Positions 11,591-24,012 of a DNA stretch of 64,000 bases are shown one piece after another (the stretch's first letter is position 1; the number at the start of each line of letters is the position of its first letter). This DNA is from Callorhinchus milii (taxonomy: Eukaryota). The position numbers and the translations under genes are program-made. Below the pieces are notes generated by a model. It saw nothing but the letters and a program-made list of their open reading frames with translations. It ran no database searches and was not told the origin of the DNA. The stretch spans positions 130,140,001 to 130,204,000 of the forward strand of contig NW_024704742.1 in NCBI RefSeq assembly GCF_018977255.1. The letters run 5' to 3'.

Positions 11591-12852
11591 CATGCCTTAT
11601 AAATAGTTATCTTATTCCTTAATTAAGTAAGTTTTTTTGTATTTATTTTTTGTAATATTTTTAAGGGCTTTGCTATATCAGATGTCCTTGATCTGCGTTA
11701 TTTAAAGTCTAGACCTGGACAGGGAGCAGGATAGGGAGGGAGGTTGATAGAGGGTACGTGGCTTGAGTTCTGATATTTGTTTTGCTGATGAGGAAATGTC
11801 ACCACAAATCTTTGAGACGTGGCCACAATAACAATTTCCATTTGTTGCATATATTTTTTGACCTACGCATCCTGAAACTTTTGGGAAAGAAAATAGGCAT
11901 TTATTTTGTCATTTACATATGTAGATTTTTTTTCTTGGCGCTGCTCCCACTCGAGAAACATTGCAATGCCTCGCCCAAAAGATAAAAAGGTCTAATCCTA
12001 ACACTTCCTTGATATTACAGAGTTATGGATTTTTTAAAAAAAACAAAATTGTAAGTTCTGGGAAATGTGTTTTACGGAGAATGTTGAACCTGATTGAATT
12101 GTTAACAGCGGATTGGACTTTTTTTCAACAAAAAATCTCTGTGCAAGCACTTTCAAAGGAAGCTTGCACACAGCTTCTTTCAAAAGCTTCCCCAAAATAA
12201 ACCTATGCAATTATTGTATGTAGGTGTTAGTTCTGTTTATTGCTAGCGATGTACTTTCTTGGCAAAGTAAACAACACAACAATGAATGTAGCGTTGCAAT
12301 CCTATCCGGTTTACTGTGGGTACAGCAACATGCCTCTGGTCGGTTCTGTACCACATCAGCTGCACCTTTTTTGAGATCTGGAGCATAAACCATGGGAACT
12401 GAGTCCTGTTTGTGTAAAGCAGAGTTGTGTGTTTTCTGAAGTTGTGCGAAGTTTGTGTTTTTCTGTGTTTTTGTCTTGAATCTATCATTGCTTGAAATTT
12501 CATTGTACTTTGTACACAATCAATTATCTCCCTTGGATCACGCTTTCCCAATCCCTACCAATTAAATGACTGGATATTACCGAGTTCTTGTCCAAACTCG
12601 CCTTAAACTTTTTAATTTTTGAACAGCGTGTTTCCTGTTTATCAGGACTGTAGTTTCGGGTGATGTAATCTAGCAAGGGGACTGCCCAGGCAGTCAGTCA
12701 TGTATTGCAGCAGTGTTGGCTTATGCTACAATCCACATTCACAGCGGAACCTTTTGCAGTCTGTTGTGGATTAGCATTAGGACCCTGTTTGTGCCAATTG
12801 AAATCCTTTTTTCAAATGAATGTGTAGCACTTGCATGAAGAGGAGTAGCACC

Positions 12853-13177
12853 TAATAATAATAATAATAATCCTTGCATTTGATATAGCGCTTTTCACGT
12901 CGGGAGGACGTCCCAAAGTGCTTCACAGAACACACTGTAAAGTGAATTGACTGTATATTTGTGGGCGAACGCGGCAGCCAATTGCGCACAGCAATGTCCC
13001 ACAAACAGTCGTAGGTTGAAAATGACCAATTTATTATTGTTTTTGGTTTTGGAGGGATTATTATTAGGCTCTGTGTGGAGTAAGGAAACTTGCCCAAGGT
13101 TTCGCCCTCTGCCTGGAATTGAACTCAGGTCTCTCGCTTGCAAAGCAAGTGCTCTAACCACTGAGCTACAGAACTCC
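12853..13177 (-). mobile_element. tRNA-derived SINE with L2-type tail, full length
   Basis: tRNA-like head GGAGTTCTGTAGCTCAGTGGTTAGAGC, L2-like 3' stem-loop, (ATT)n tail; copies at 37621, 48371, 61063. Confidence 0.92.
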
Positions 13178-13830
13178 ACCTCATTTGAAAGGAGTGGCTA
13201 ATGGCAAGTTGTTTGTTCATTGTAAATAACCAGCTATCACAGTCAAGTGGCTGATCTGTACACTTGACAGCATTATTTAAAAAGATTATCACAAGGAACG
13301 ATGATTAATAATCCTTGCATTTGATATAGTGCCTTATCACGTCTTGAAGAAGTCTCGAAGAGCTTCACAGAATATACTGTGAAGTGAATTGACTTTTGTG
13401 GGTGAAATGCGGCAGTCAATTGTGCACAGCAGTGTCCCACAAACAGCCATGGATTGAAGTGACTAATTTATTATTATTATTAGGAACCCAGTTGTTGTTC
13501 GATTGACATCACTTTTCCAGTGGTAATAATCCTTTCCAAAAAAAATTTATTTGGTCACTCAATCCACGACTGCAATTGTCTGCCACGTTTCAAACACAAC
13601 GTGCTCCACTTAATACTAAACACAACTCCACTTAATACTTACGCAGTCCTAAATTATTCACCCATAGCTTTATCTTAATAACAGCCTACTTAGTATAAAA
13701 AATTGAAGGTCTGCATGTCCTTGCATGTCTTAAATGCTTACAGAAACACAGAAAATATTGTAAACAGCAATCAAAGGTCTACATTGAAGATAGGTTAATA
13801 TTTATGAAGGTATTTTTTGTCTTCCTGCAG

Positions 13831-13959
13831 ATGGCTTTAAGTGATGATCTAAACAACAATGAACTCATGGACCTGTTATTTCAGACTGAGCCTCTATCAG
13901 ATCAGGAATTTAGTGATGGGACCAAGTTTATGGAGGATTGGGGACTTTGTGACCAAGAT
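13831..13959 (+). CDS. CREB3: CREB3 coding exon 1
   Basis: [27 protein letters not shown]...[15 protein letters not shown]. Confidence 0.85.
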
Positions 13960-16900
13960 GTAAGTTATCGTTTGTTTGTTTTCTGTGTAATAAAATAAGT
14001 TTTCTTTTGGTTACAGTTTTGTGTAAAGATGCTAACCTGTATCTTAGCTAAGCTAGTAGTGGTTTTATTTCATAATTTTTTGGGGAGGCTGTGTTGGGGG
14101 GCAGGGGGTAAGTGGGGTCTTGAAGCTAGATTTGTTCATCTCTTGCCACTCATCTCCTGTTAACCCTGCAAGCCAAAGCCCAACGGGTAGTGTGGTCCTA
14201 GCTGGACAAGCAGCAGGAAGCTTGCCCAATGGTGTTCTCAATGGCAAGCTATATGGTTATAGCTGGTTAAGCTCTAGTAGTACCCCATTGAACATTCCAA
14301 GCCTTGACTTTTGCCTGCTTGCTCCTAATACTCTCTGTACTTGGGTAAGCAGGTTGTGTCCCTCCAGGGATGGAGTGAGCATTCCAATACATGGGAATTT
14401 CCATGTTTAGGTGGAATCCTTGAAACTTTCTTTGATTTGAATTCTTAAGCACGGTGATGGGTTTTTGCACGTGTCAGCTGACTCCCCAAAAATGTTTGTT
14501 CACATTTTTGAGTGCCTTACGATGCAACCAAACCACAACTGTAACCCTCAAGTGTTGTTGCATGTAAATGGATCTCCCAAAATGTAATTTGTGCCCCTGT
14601 TCCATTAAACAGTGTCATTCAATGAACACTTTCTTTCCACTCCCTTTGTGCATATAAATGTCCCAACCCTGAGACTGTTTTTTATATTTCTCAGATGCTG
14701 AATGACCACGACACTGAGGATTTTCTAAACTCCATCATTGGTTCTTTTGAGGACGAGAGCCCTGCAATTCTCTCCTGGTCTCCAGTGGGGAGTGACAGTG
14801 GGATATCAGAAGACAATAATCACTTTGTCCAAGCAGACAGCCTGTCAGGGAGCGATGCTGCCCTGTCTGATAGTCCCTCATGTTATGATGTCATTGTTTC
14901 CGACCATAACTATTCACTTGTTCAGGATTCACAGCAGAATGCAGATTGTTTGTACAGTGTAAAGACTGAAACCCCAACAACAGAAACCGATATTTCAATT
15001 GATCTAGGTTAGTGCCTACTACATTATATGACAATTTTGCAATAATGTACACTTATATAGCAGGTTCCATGTTGGGGGAATGTACCAAAGTATTTTGCAG
15101 AGATTGAGCAGGAGCTTAAACTGGGAGGGAAGGGAGAGAAGAGAGATGACTGAAAGTGCAGTCAGAGCGGTAGGTCTTCAAGGTTGATTCGAAGGCTGAG
15201 AGGTAAGGTGAGTTCCGGAGTGAGGAGGCAATGTAGTCCCTCCCTTTTGACTGTTGAAGGAACAATTGTTCTTTTTTTCTGTATTTCAGGCTAAACTTGC
15301 TCTTCTTGTTTTCCCTTTCTCACTCCCATTCCTTGGCCTCCCTGGGGTTGTATAACAGTTGTAAAACTCCATTGTGATGGTGTGTCCGGAAGCCTGACAA
15401 TTTGGTGGGATTTATCCTGTCCTGTAGAACTTTCTTCTTATTTGATGATTGAGAGGTATTGGTGACTACTAAGGAGCCAGGCTCTGCCCTGTAGTGAAGG
15501 AGTGAGAGTTGACATACATTTGCCAAAAGAAAGTTCAATTATCATTCTCCATTCTGAATATTAAAAGACTGTAAGATGCCAGCATATAGTCATTTGTACA
15601 AAAGTTATTGTTTTTCAACCAAATGAATAGCACGTACCATTCCAGATCACTGCAAACTGGGAAGTCGTGTTTCAGGTTGTTCCACGAAACCTACTTTTAT
15701 TTCAAGACTTTCATTATGACAGTCGCACAGATTGTATCTAAATTAAGATAAACAATAAAAAAAAGCTTGGCAGTGTCATTTTTTTCTCCTGAACCCAGTG
15801 GGTTAAAATCTGAAGGAAGTATTTAGTTATGCACTTGGCATGTTTGCTGTCTGTTTTTAATGTTGTGATTATGAGCTGATCTGATGGTTATTTATATAGT
15901 ATTCTTTCTAGCCAACAGTGACTAAGTAAGCTCTTCTTAGTTGTGGGCAATGTATTTCAAATTGTTAAAATCCCCCAAGTTCATTTCCTTTTTTAAATTT
16001 GCCTAAAATCTTATGTTTAGTAATAGTTTTTTTTTAAAAGTTGTTTTCCTCCCCATTTAAATAAGTGTCACTGACATGCGATTTACTCATTTCCTTTCCT
16101 CTTAGACTGGGAGCCTGAGTTTTTGACGGAAAACTCACAAGTTGTGCCAACTAAAAATAGCACTGACCTTGTGAGCCTCACCATTGAAGATCTGCAGCAA
16201 TACAGTAAATTAAACCCAGTAAGTTTGCACTCTCTAACTTCAAATGAATATGTTTGATTCTGGCAAATACTGGGGATTGGTGGGTTGGAAGTAGGGGAGA
16301 TGGAAGTGGAGGAGATCATTTGTGTTCTCACAGAAGTGTGATGTTTATTTTCCTCTTGTTTGCTGGATTCCTCAACTCTTCCCTCCACAAGTTACAGACC
16401 GTTCAGAACTCTACAGCTCGGTCCTCTTCCGCACCAGGCTCCGTGCATTTTATTTGTTTGGGGGGCTTCTCTGAAGTGTACAACCGGCATTGTTTAGCCT
16501 TATTTAACCAATAGCCAAACACTTCTAGAAAGTGTTACCTTGTGTGATTATAGTGAGTTTTAAAAACACTCTACTCAGTGTGCTACTGGGAGAAATCTGC
16601 CTGTTGGGGAAAAGTTGTATTCAGTGGACTTTATTAATTCTCTGCTCTGTGAATATGATGGACTGCTCTGCTAAGAACAGTTTGCAGTTTGGTGGAGCAC
16701 CATGGAGTGCCATGGACTGATGGAACACAGTCATGCCTGTAATTCTTCAGTTTTCACCCCCCACCCCCTCACACACACATACACACAATATTCCATCAGC
16801 TGCTGGGATACTGAGAGTGGTTGGGGTGGGGGGGGGTCACATCTAGCATTCACCCCTCCCCCTCGTTCCCCAGGCACAGTTCCCAATCTGAGGTGTGTCA

Positions 16901-19900
16901 CGATGGGAAAGTGCTGAGCAGAGGAACTCAGATCTCGTTGCCCAGTCTTGGGTAACTCATAGTAACTAGGTACAGAATGGCAGTGGAGGCAACACAGGTT
17001 AGTGTACGTTGTTAAAGTCACTACATTTAGTGGCGAGAGGAATTTGTTGGCTCAGCAGTGTTAAACCTAATAAAGAGCAATATCCAGACCAGAACATATT
17101 CTTTATTTAAAAAGAAGAGTTTCTTTCTTGCTGCCATTGGGTTGTACAAGCCTTCACAAGGTTGTAACCTGAAGGTATTTTATGCTAGCATCAGAAATTG
17201 CTTTTGTTTGAAGGCATTAATTTGAACTCTGATGACCTTTGGATGAGAACTAAATTTCTCCAGTTGAATGTTGACAAGACAGTGGCTCTCCTGCTTGGCT
17301 CACATCACCACTTTCTCACCTCAGGCACTGACACATTTCATGAGTGCTGACAACAATACACACTCCGCCTCATGGAGCCAGTGCAGAACCTCTGATCCTC
17401 ATCCTTGCTTTTAAATCCTCCAAGGTCTTGCCCCACCTTACCTCTGACCTCCTTAAAACCCTACCAACCTGTGCAGTCCCTCGGCTCAGCAAGTCTGCAT
17501 CACGTCCCTCACCCTGCCCGATCCACCATTAGTGGTTGGGTTTTCAGTTTTACTGCTCCCACTCTCTGAAACTCCATCCCAGAGTCCCTTTGCCTGCTCC
17601 TTCCCTTGCCTCCTTCAAGATCTGTCTCAAGACCTTCCTCTTTGACTGTGTCTTTGGTCATCTTTCCTTTCCCCCTTTGTCTCCAACCGCCAGCTCTGAC
17701 TAGTGCCTTGGGAGGTCCTCCCAATTTGAAAGATGCAATTTGTGGTTGGTATGATTTTTGACAAGAGTGATGAAACTATGTATATAAACTACGTTATTTT
17801 TCCTTTCCAGTATCAATTTGATGAACTACTGCTGAATGATGAAGAAAGAAGACTATTAGCTAAAGAAGGCCTATCCATCCCAACAAATCTTCCACTGACC
17901 AAGGTCAGGGAATATTTTTGCTGCCCGTTAGGCCTTGGGAGTGAAGTACCTGTTTGATTCGAATGTTGTAGTTTGAGATTTTGAACCACGGGATAATGCA
18001 GTACATTAAACTGATTTATGAAACATGATTTAATAATTATTTTAGAAAATAAAAGATGACTGCAATTATTAAACAATTATGCTGTAATATTTAACTTTCT
18101 GATGAAAGAGCGGAATATTAATAGTTCTGTAAATTTCCCCGAAGAGGGTTTAGCAGTTCATCAGTAATTATGTGAATCAGATGAAATCCTAAATCAGTTT
18201 AATTTAGTAATAATTATACCTTTATTCTGTTGTCTGATTCTAGCTTCAGTTACTGTTTAATTTTCGCTGAGTGTTTGACCACTGCTCCTAGCATTAGTCA
18301 GTCATTTAATGCATGTTAATTAGGCAGTGGGATCTTACATGGGATAACTTGTAATAGATACCCTAACATAGGGTTTATCCTAACTTGTCCTTAATAAGAA
18401 AACTGAAATTATGACATATCTCTACTGTAGCAAATTACTTTCAAAGCATTGTTTCATGGCTTAGTGGGGTATACCTTTTAAGAATTCAGCTAGAAATGAT
18501 CATATTAGACCCCAGTGTCCAGAATTGATTGTTTCATGAAATTCTGTGTGGCATGGTCTGAATTATGGAACAAACTTAATCGTGTGAATTGAGTTGAAAT
18601 TCAGGTGTCTCTTTATTCACCATCTCGCTGTTCACTCCCTCAGTCAGAAGAACGAATCCTGAAGAGAATCAGAAGAAAGATTCGCAATAAACAGTCTGCT
18701 CAGGAGAGTCGCAGGAGGAAGAAGGACTACATTGATGGCCTGGAGAGTCGGTATGTATGAGTGCTGGCAAGCCTTATTCTTGCTAAAAACAGATTTATTT
18801 TCTTGGTTCAATGGCATTTGCATGTTGGAGGGTAACCTCTTGAAGCCAGTCTGTATTTCCACAAAGCATCACAGCCATGCCCATTGCTGTCCTCACCCCA
18901 TAGTCGAGGAAGAGACAACAACTTGCATTTATATATAGCCCCCCTCATGCAGAGTAGAGTGCCAGAGCGCTTGATAGTAGCGGAGCATGTCGCCGGGGAG
19001 GAGGAGGTGACCATAGGCACAATTGAAGAAGGTTTTCAGACATGACTTAAAGATGGAGAAGAATGGATTGAGGGAGAATGTTCCAGAATTTTCCAAATCA
19101 CTTGAGTAACAACCAAAAGTAGCAACCCTGGCTGCTCTCCTAATGATCCCAAGAGTGCTGTCATTTGTAGTTTCCCAATTGCTGCTGCAGCTGAGATCAA
19201 CTTACAGCACAGACCAGACTTTGAAACTAGGCTTTTCTTGGTCAGTTTGCCACTATCCAGCTGAGCTGGCAAGGAACGTTTAGAACAGAACTACTTATAA
19301 ATTAAATTATTTTGTGACTTGCCTTTTGCGATTCTTCAAACACAATTTTTGTTTTGTTGAAGAGTCGTTGCCTGCACGGTCCAAAACCAGGAGCTGCAGC
19401 GGAAGGTGCAACACCTGGAGAAACAGAACATGTATGTATTACCATAAGATACAGCAAGTATGTTAATATATTAGTGAATAAGTGCAGTTGTACGGCACTG
19501 AACCTGGGAGAGGTTCACACTGTTGACATTAGAGGGTGCCTGAAGTCAAATATTTAATTGTCAGCAATAATATTTACACTTTGATCATCACAGAAGTGTG
19601 TATATGCGGAGGGGGAGGGTGGGAGGAAATTAAATTATAATCTCATTAGATTTGTTTGAATTTCTGTGAACTTTGTGCTAACAATGGGGCGTTCCCTACC
19701 AGGAGTTGAAAATAACTCGCTCCCGGAAACTGAAAGTGTGGCACCTCTATCCCGTACACAAATGTTTCTCACTCCTTCAGCAAAGAGCTGAAAATCCACA
19801 ATCTAGTGGGAAGGATGCTTGGAATGGTGCTGGATATTAAGGGAAATTTTCTTTTCATATGATTTAAGTTCAATTTTTAAATTTTATTGATACAGATCCC

Positions 19901-21368
19901 TCGTTGAACAGCTAAGACGACTCCAAGCTCTCATCAAGCAAGCATCCAGCAAAACTGCCAACACGAGTACTTGCATTATGGTAAGCATAAAGCCCCAACA
20001 ACAGTAGCAAATTACATTTGTATAGTGCCTTTCACATCGGGAGGACGTCCTAAGGTGTTGGACAGTCAAGGATTTGCACCCGAGCTGGGGGCTGAGATAA
20101 GGAGGGTGGAGGGTAGAGAGAGTAGGGATAGGAGGGTGACCGAAGGTATGTCCGAGAGGAAGGTCTTGAGACAGGCCTTGAAGGAGGCAAGGGAGGGGTG
20201 AGGCAAAGGACTGTGGGAACAGTTGAGTTGTACAACACAAGTCTGGGCTACAAAACTTATTGTTAGAATGTTATTCGTGGAAGTTCATTTCTTCACTGAG
20301 AACCGTTGCAATTACATGAAAACTATGTGAATACCTTTCAAATATTACCTCATCGTCTTGACATCACCAATCCAGCTGTTTCCTAAATGAGTCTGATATC
20401 CCTGTCTCTTCCACTTTTCCTGGTAACCTAATCCAGATGTTAATTTTAATGTGTCAAAATGTTAACAAATTTCTCATTCTTCAGAGCTGCTATCACTGGT
20501 GCTCTACATTGGGAGTTTTTAATGCTTCGGGTCACGTGTTTTTCTCTCATCACTGTGCCTCTGCATAGGCCCTTCATTTTGCTGGGTAGAATATTATAGT
20601 CTGTAGGTTCAACCATGAATATCTCCTAAGAGATTCCATAGCCCTTTGTTGTGGAGAGTTTAGAGTGCCGATCAATTGACTGCCAATAGCATTTCATCCC
20701 ATTTATATTTTTTGAGTTGCATAACCGTGTTAGTGCGCTCGCCTCACAAGCAAGAGGACCTTGGTTTGATTCCCGGGTGGGGTGAAACCTTAGGCAAGTT
20801 TCCTTACTCCACACATATCTTGTTTCCCTAGCAGTAGGTTGTTACTCGATTGGCGGGTCACTTTTCAGGGGTAATAATCCCTAAAAATAAATCACGCAAT
20901 CCACGACTGTTTGTGGGACACTGCTTTGTGCAATTGGCTGCCATGTTTCAACCACAAAATATACTCAATCCACTTTACAATATATTCTATGTAGGGCTTT
21001 GAGACTTCTAAACGACATGATAAGGTGCTCTATCAAATATTATTATAACTGTTAAGATTAATCCTTTTTCCAATTATTTTCTCCTTAGGTGTTCCTCTTG
21101 TCTTTTACACTGATTATCTTCCCCAGTATCAACCCGTTTGGTGGAAAGCTTGTACCCAAAGAAGAGTCTTACAGCGGTAAGTAAAACTTTTTAAGCATGT
21201 ATGGGACAACTAGGCCATCATGCTGAAGGTAGGCAAAATTACTGGTTGAATTTTCAAACCTTCAAAATGTGTACATTTTAAACTAGATTGTGATTCTATA
21301 ATAATGTTTTATGGTTGGCCAACCAATGATTGTTTAGCAGGGATGTATATAAGGGTTGTCCCTCCACA

Positions 21369-21409
<41 letters not shown>

Positions 21410-24012
21410 CACACACACTATACATCTATATATATATATAGATGTATAGTGTGTGTATATATGTGTGCTATATATAATGTATAATATATATATTTTATAT
21501 AATAATGGAACTGTGGAAGGCCAGACGTAGATATTCAATCAGTGTCAGGCAGACTATATAATAAATATTATTTTAAACTCCTATCTTGGTTGTGAGCATT
21601 CAAGTTATTACAGGTTTGTTTCTGTCAGACACTTTCACTTATTAACTTTGTTTTGAAATATTTGGCTTTTCCGTATAACCTTCCTGATTTCCCAAATTGT
21701 AGTGTGTGGAGGTTACAACAATGTGCAGCAGGTCCAAGTTTGCTTTTTTGTAAAGGGGGAATGAGACTGGAGAAACCTGCAAAGGGTGTATAGGGATTTG
21801 TAGGAGAGAGTGGGGATCTTTATGAATCTGCTAGAAGTTGGAGATAGTGGAGCTTGGTGAGGACAGTAGTGATTGGCACGTGAAGTTTAGTCAAGGTGAG
21901 GATACGAGCAGCTGAATTTTGGATGATCTGGAGGTTGCGAAGAGCTGGGGAGATGGGGAAGCCAAGCTGGAGGTAACAAACGCAGGGTTATAGATTTTTT
22001 TTGATCAGCTGGGTGTCTGACACATGTGAAAACCCATTGCCCTGTTTAAGAGTATTCAAACCAGAATTTCATGCATCACCTAATGGTTTCAACCTCACTG
22101 GGTGTGAAATTGGGACATAGGTGGATGATGTGATTAAGGTAAGTGTATGAAAGGGTTTGGGCGAAATGAAATGAAACAATCTGCTATGATCTACTGAATT
22201 GGTTGAACAAGCTTGACAGACTGAATGATTTCCTGTTTCTGAGCTGAACTTGATTTCTCACTGAAATCTGGGTGGGATGCTGTGTTCACAAGGCCTCATT
22301 TGTTCTGAAATTAAGGAGCAGCTTGAATGTCACCATTATGTCTCTGATGCCCCCAATTTAAATTTAGCCCTGTCATTTCAATCGTTTTGTCTTTATACGA
22401 TTTGTATGACCGGTGAAAGGTACATACAGTTATTCTACTATACAGTTATTCTACTATATATAGAGTCATATACTCTCGTATTCTAGTACATGAAGTAGTT
22501 TACTATTGAGAAAGAAGTACAATATAGTGTGCAAGCAAGAGAACCTGGGTTGATTCCCAGGCAGGGCAAAACCTTAGGCAAGTTTCCTTACTCCACACGC
22601 CTCTGTTTACATAACAGTAAGTAGGAACCCGATTGTTAGTCGATAGGCAAATCACTTTTTCGGAGGTGATAACCCCACCAAAAAGAAGTCACTTGATCCA
22701 TGACTGTTTGTGGGACGCTGCTGTGTACGACTGGCTGCCACATTTCGCCCACAAAATACGCAGTGAATCCACTTTATCTGTGAAGCACTTTGAGACATCT
22801 CAATGACGTGATTAGGTATCATATTAATGCAAGTTTTACTGTTATACACTTATCCTTTTTATGAAAATAAATCTTTTACAACAAAGAAGAGAGATGGGGA
22901 AGTGCAGCATCCATAACGTTTGCCACTCTTCAGTTTATTATTAATTATCCTTGTATTTGATATAGCGCCTTTCAGGTCAGGAAGTTTCAAAGCTCTTTAC
23001 AGGATACACTACAAAGTCAGTTGACTGCATTTCAACTGCAAATGTAACAGATAGTTTGGACACTGCAACGTCCATCAAACAGCCAATGGAATGGATGAGA
23101 AATTTTGTTTGCTGGTGAACAAATCACTGTTCTAAATTTCAGACTTGAAAACTGCAAAAGGTGCAATTTGTAAAACATTTTACAATCCTACTATTGTAGG
23201 TAGTTCATATTATCTACATAACTTCTGATTGTAGAACTGGAATAATACATTTCTAATTCAGAAGGATATTGTGGGTTAATACTTTCCCTTTTTTTATACG
23301 TCAGTTAGCACTCATTCTGGTGCCCTCCTCCCCTTAGGAGTGAGACATTTCAGATCAAGTGGAGAGGCCTGGAGTATGATGGAGGACCCCACTATTCAGC
23401 AACTGAGATTGGCATCCACTTTATTCTCTCACATTGATCCAAGCCTAGCAGTGACTAAGCAACTTTGCATTTGAGTGCTACCACCCATCTGTTGCAGTTA
23501 CAATTGTCCACCTTTTATTTTCAGTACAAATTGCTTTACACTAGCTATTCACAATTGCGTGGTGCTGTGTAAGTATACACTGTGACACTTGTTTCTATTT
23601 GTACTTCACAGTACTTTCCCGCACTCTGCTCGACACTGAGTCATCCCAAGTACGGATCATCCCAAATGACTACAATGCTGATCTGGATATTAACCCGGAG
23701 ACAATAGAAGAGAAACTGGCATTGGGTCAAGAGGTTCCGGAAAGCATCTTGTCAGGAGGACAGAACAGCACACCCGAGACAGCAAACTTAGCAAAGACGA
23801 CCTCTGCTGCAACATTAAGCAGTAATTTCTCCTCTGATACCGATGGAGTGGTAAAAGCTCCCATCCAAGATGATGTGAGCCTGGAAAGGATGGCTTCCAT
23901 AAACGAGAAGGTGGGCTTCGGTGCATCGGCAACAGTGGTGAACAAGCCAAACTGGACCGAGCATTCCACTACCGTGATCATTAAAACCCACCCACGCTCC
24001 GACGAAATGTAA
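13831..24012 (+). CDS. CREB3: CREB3/Luman-like ER-membrane bZIP transcription factor, 9 coding exons, 465 aa
   Basis: Exons 13831-13959, 14695-15007, 16106-16218, 17811-17903, 18644-18750, 19363-19431, 19896-19980, 21089-21176, 23612-24012 join in frame (1398 nt); b[22 protein letters not shown] helix, S1P site RTLL, HCF-1 motif DHNY. CREB3 preferred over CREB3L4 from the DHxY motif and FAM166B/FAM221B linkage. Confidence 0.88.
14695..15007 (+). CDS. CREB3: CREB3 coding exon 2
   Basis: TCTCAG|ATG; contains DSGISED and DHNYSL; G|GTTAGT. Confidence 0.9.
16106..16218 (+). CDS. CREB3: CREB3 coding exon 3
   Basis: [19 protein letters not shown]...SKLNP|GTAAGT; phase 1 to 0 fits neighbours. Confidence 0.82.
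17811..17903 (+). CDS. CREB3: CREB3 coding exon 4
   Basis: [37 protein letters not shown]. Confidence 0.93.
18644..18750 (+). CDS. CREB3: CREB3 coding exon 5 (basic region)
   Basis: [43 protein letters not shown]. Confidence 0.95.
19363..19431 (+). CDS. CREB3: CREB3 coding exon 6 (leucine zipper)
   Basis: [30 protein letters not shown]. Confidence 0.93.
19896..19980 (+). CDS. CREB3: CREB3 coding exon 7
   Basis: [34 protein letters not shown]. Confidence 0.93.
21089..21176 (+). CDS. CREB3: CREB3 coding exon 8 (transmembrane helix)
   Basis: [36 protein letters not shown]. Confidence 0.92.
21368..21503. repeat. (TG)n/(TA)n compound microsatellite
   Basis: Alternating purine-pyrimidine runs. 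Confidence 0.9.
23612..24012 (+). CDS. CREB3: CREB3 coding exon 9 (luminal domain)
   Basis: CACAG|TA; VLSRTLL (S1P RxxL) ... HPRSDEM*. Confidence 0.92.

Noticed and set aside
10914..11622. H/T/L-rich ORFs
   Set aside because: Translations of a CA/CT tandem repeat
12895..13201. Recurrent ~80-140 aa ORFs (MTVYLWANAAANC..., MGKFPYST...) as a gene family
   Set aside because: They are frames of the multi-copy SINE
13831..24012. Naming the bZIP gene CREB3L4
   Set aside because: The DEM ending and DSGIS fit CREB3L4, but the DHxY motif, 43-codon first coding exon and 9p13-type neighbours favour CREB3; not excluded without a phylogeny
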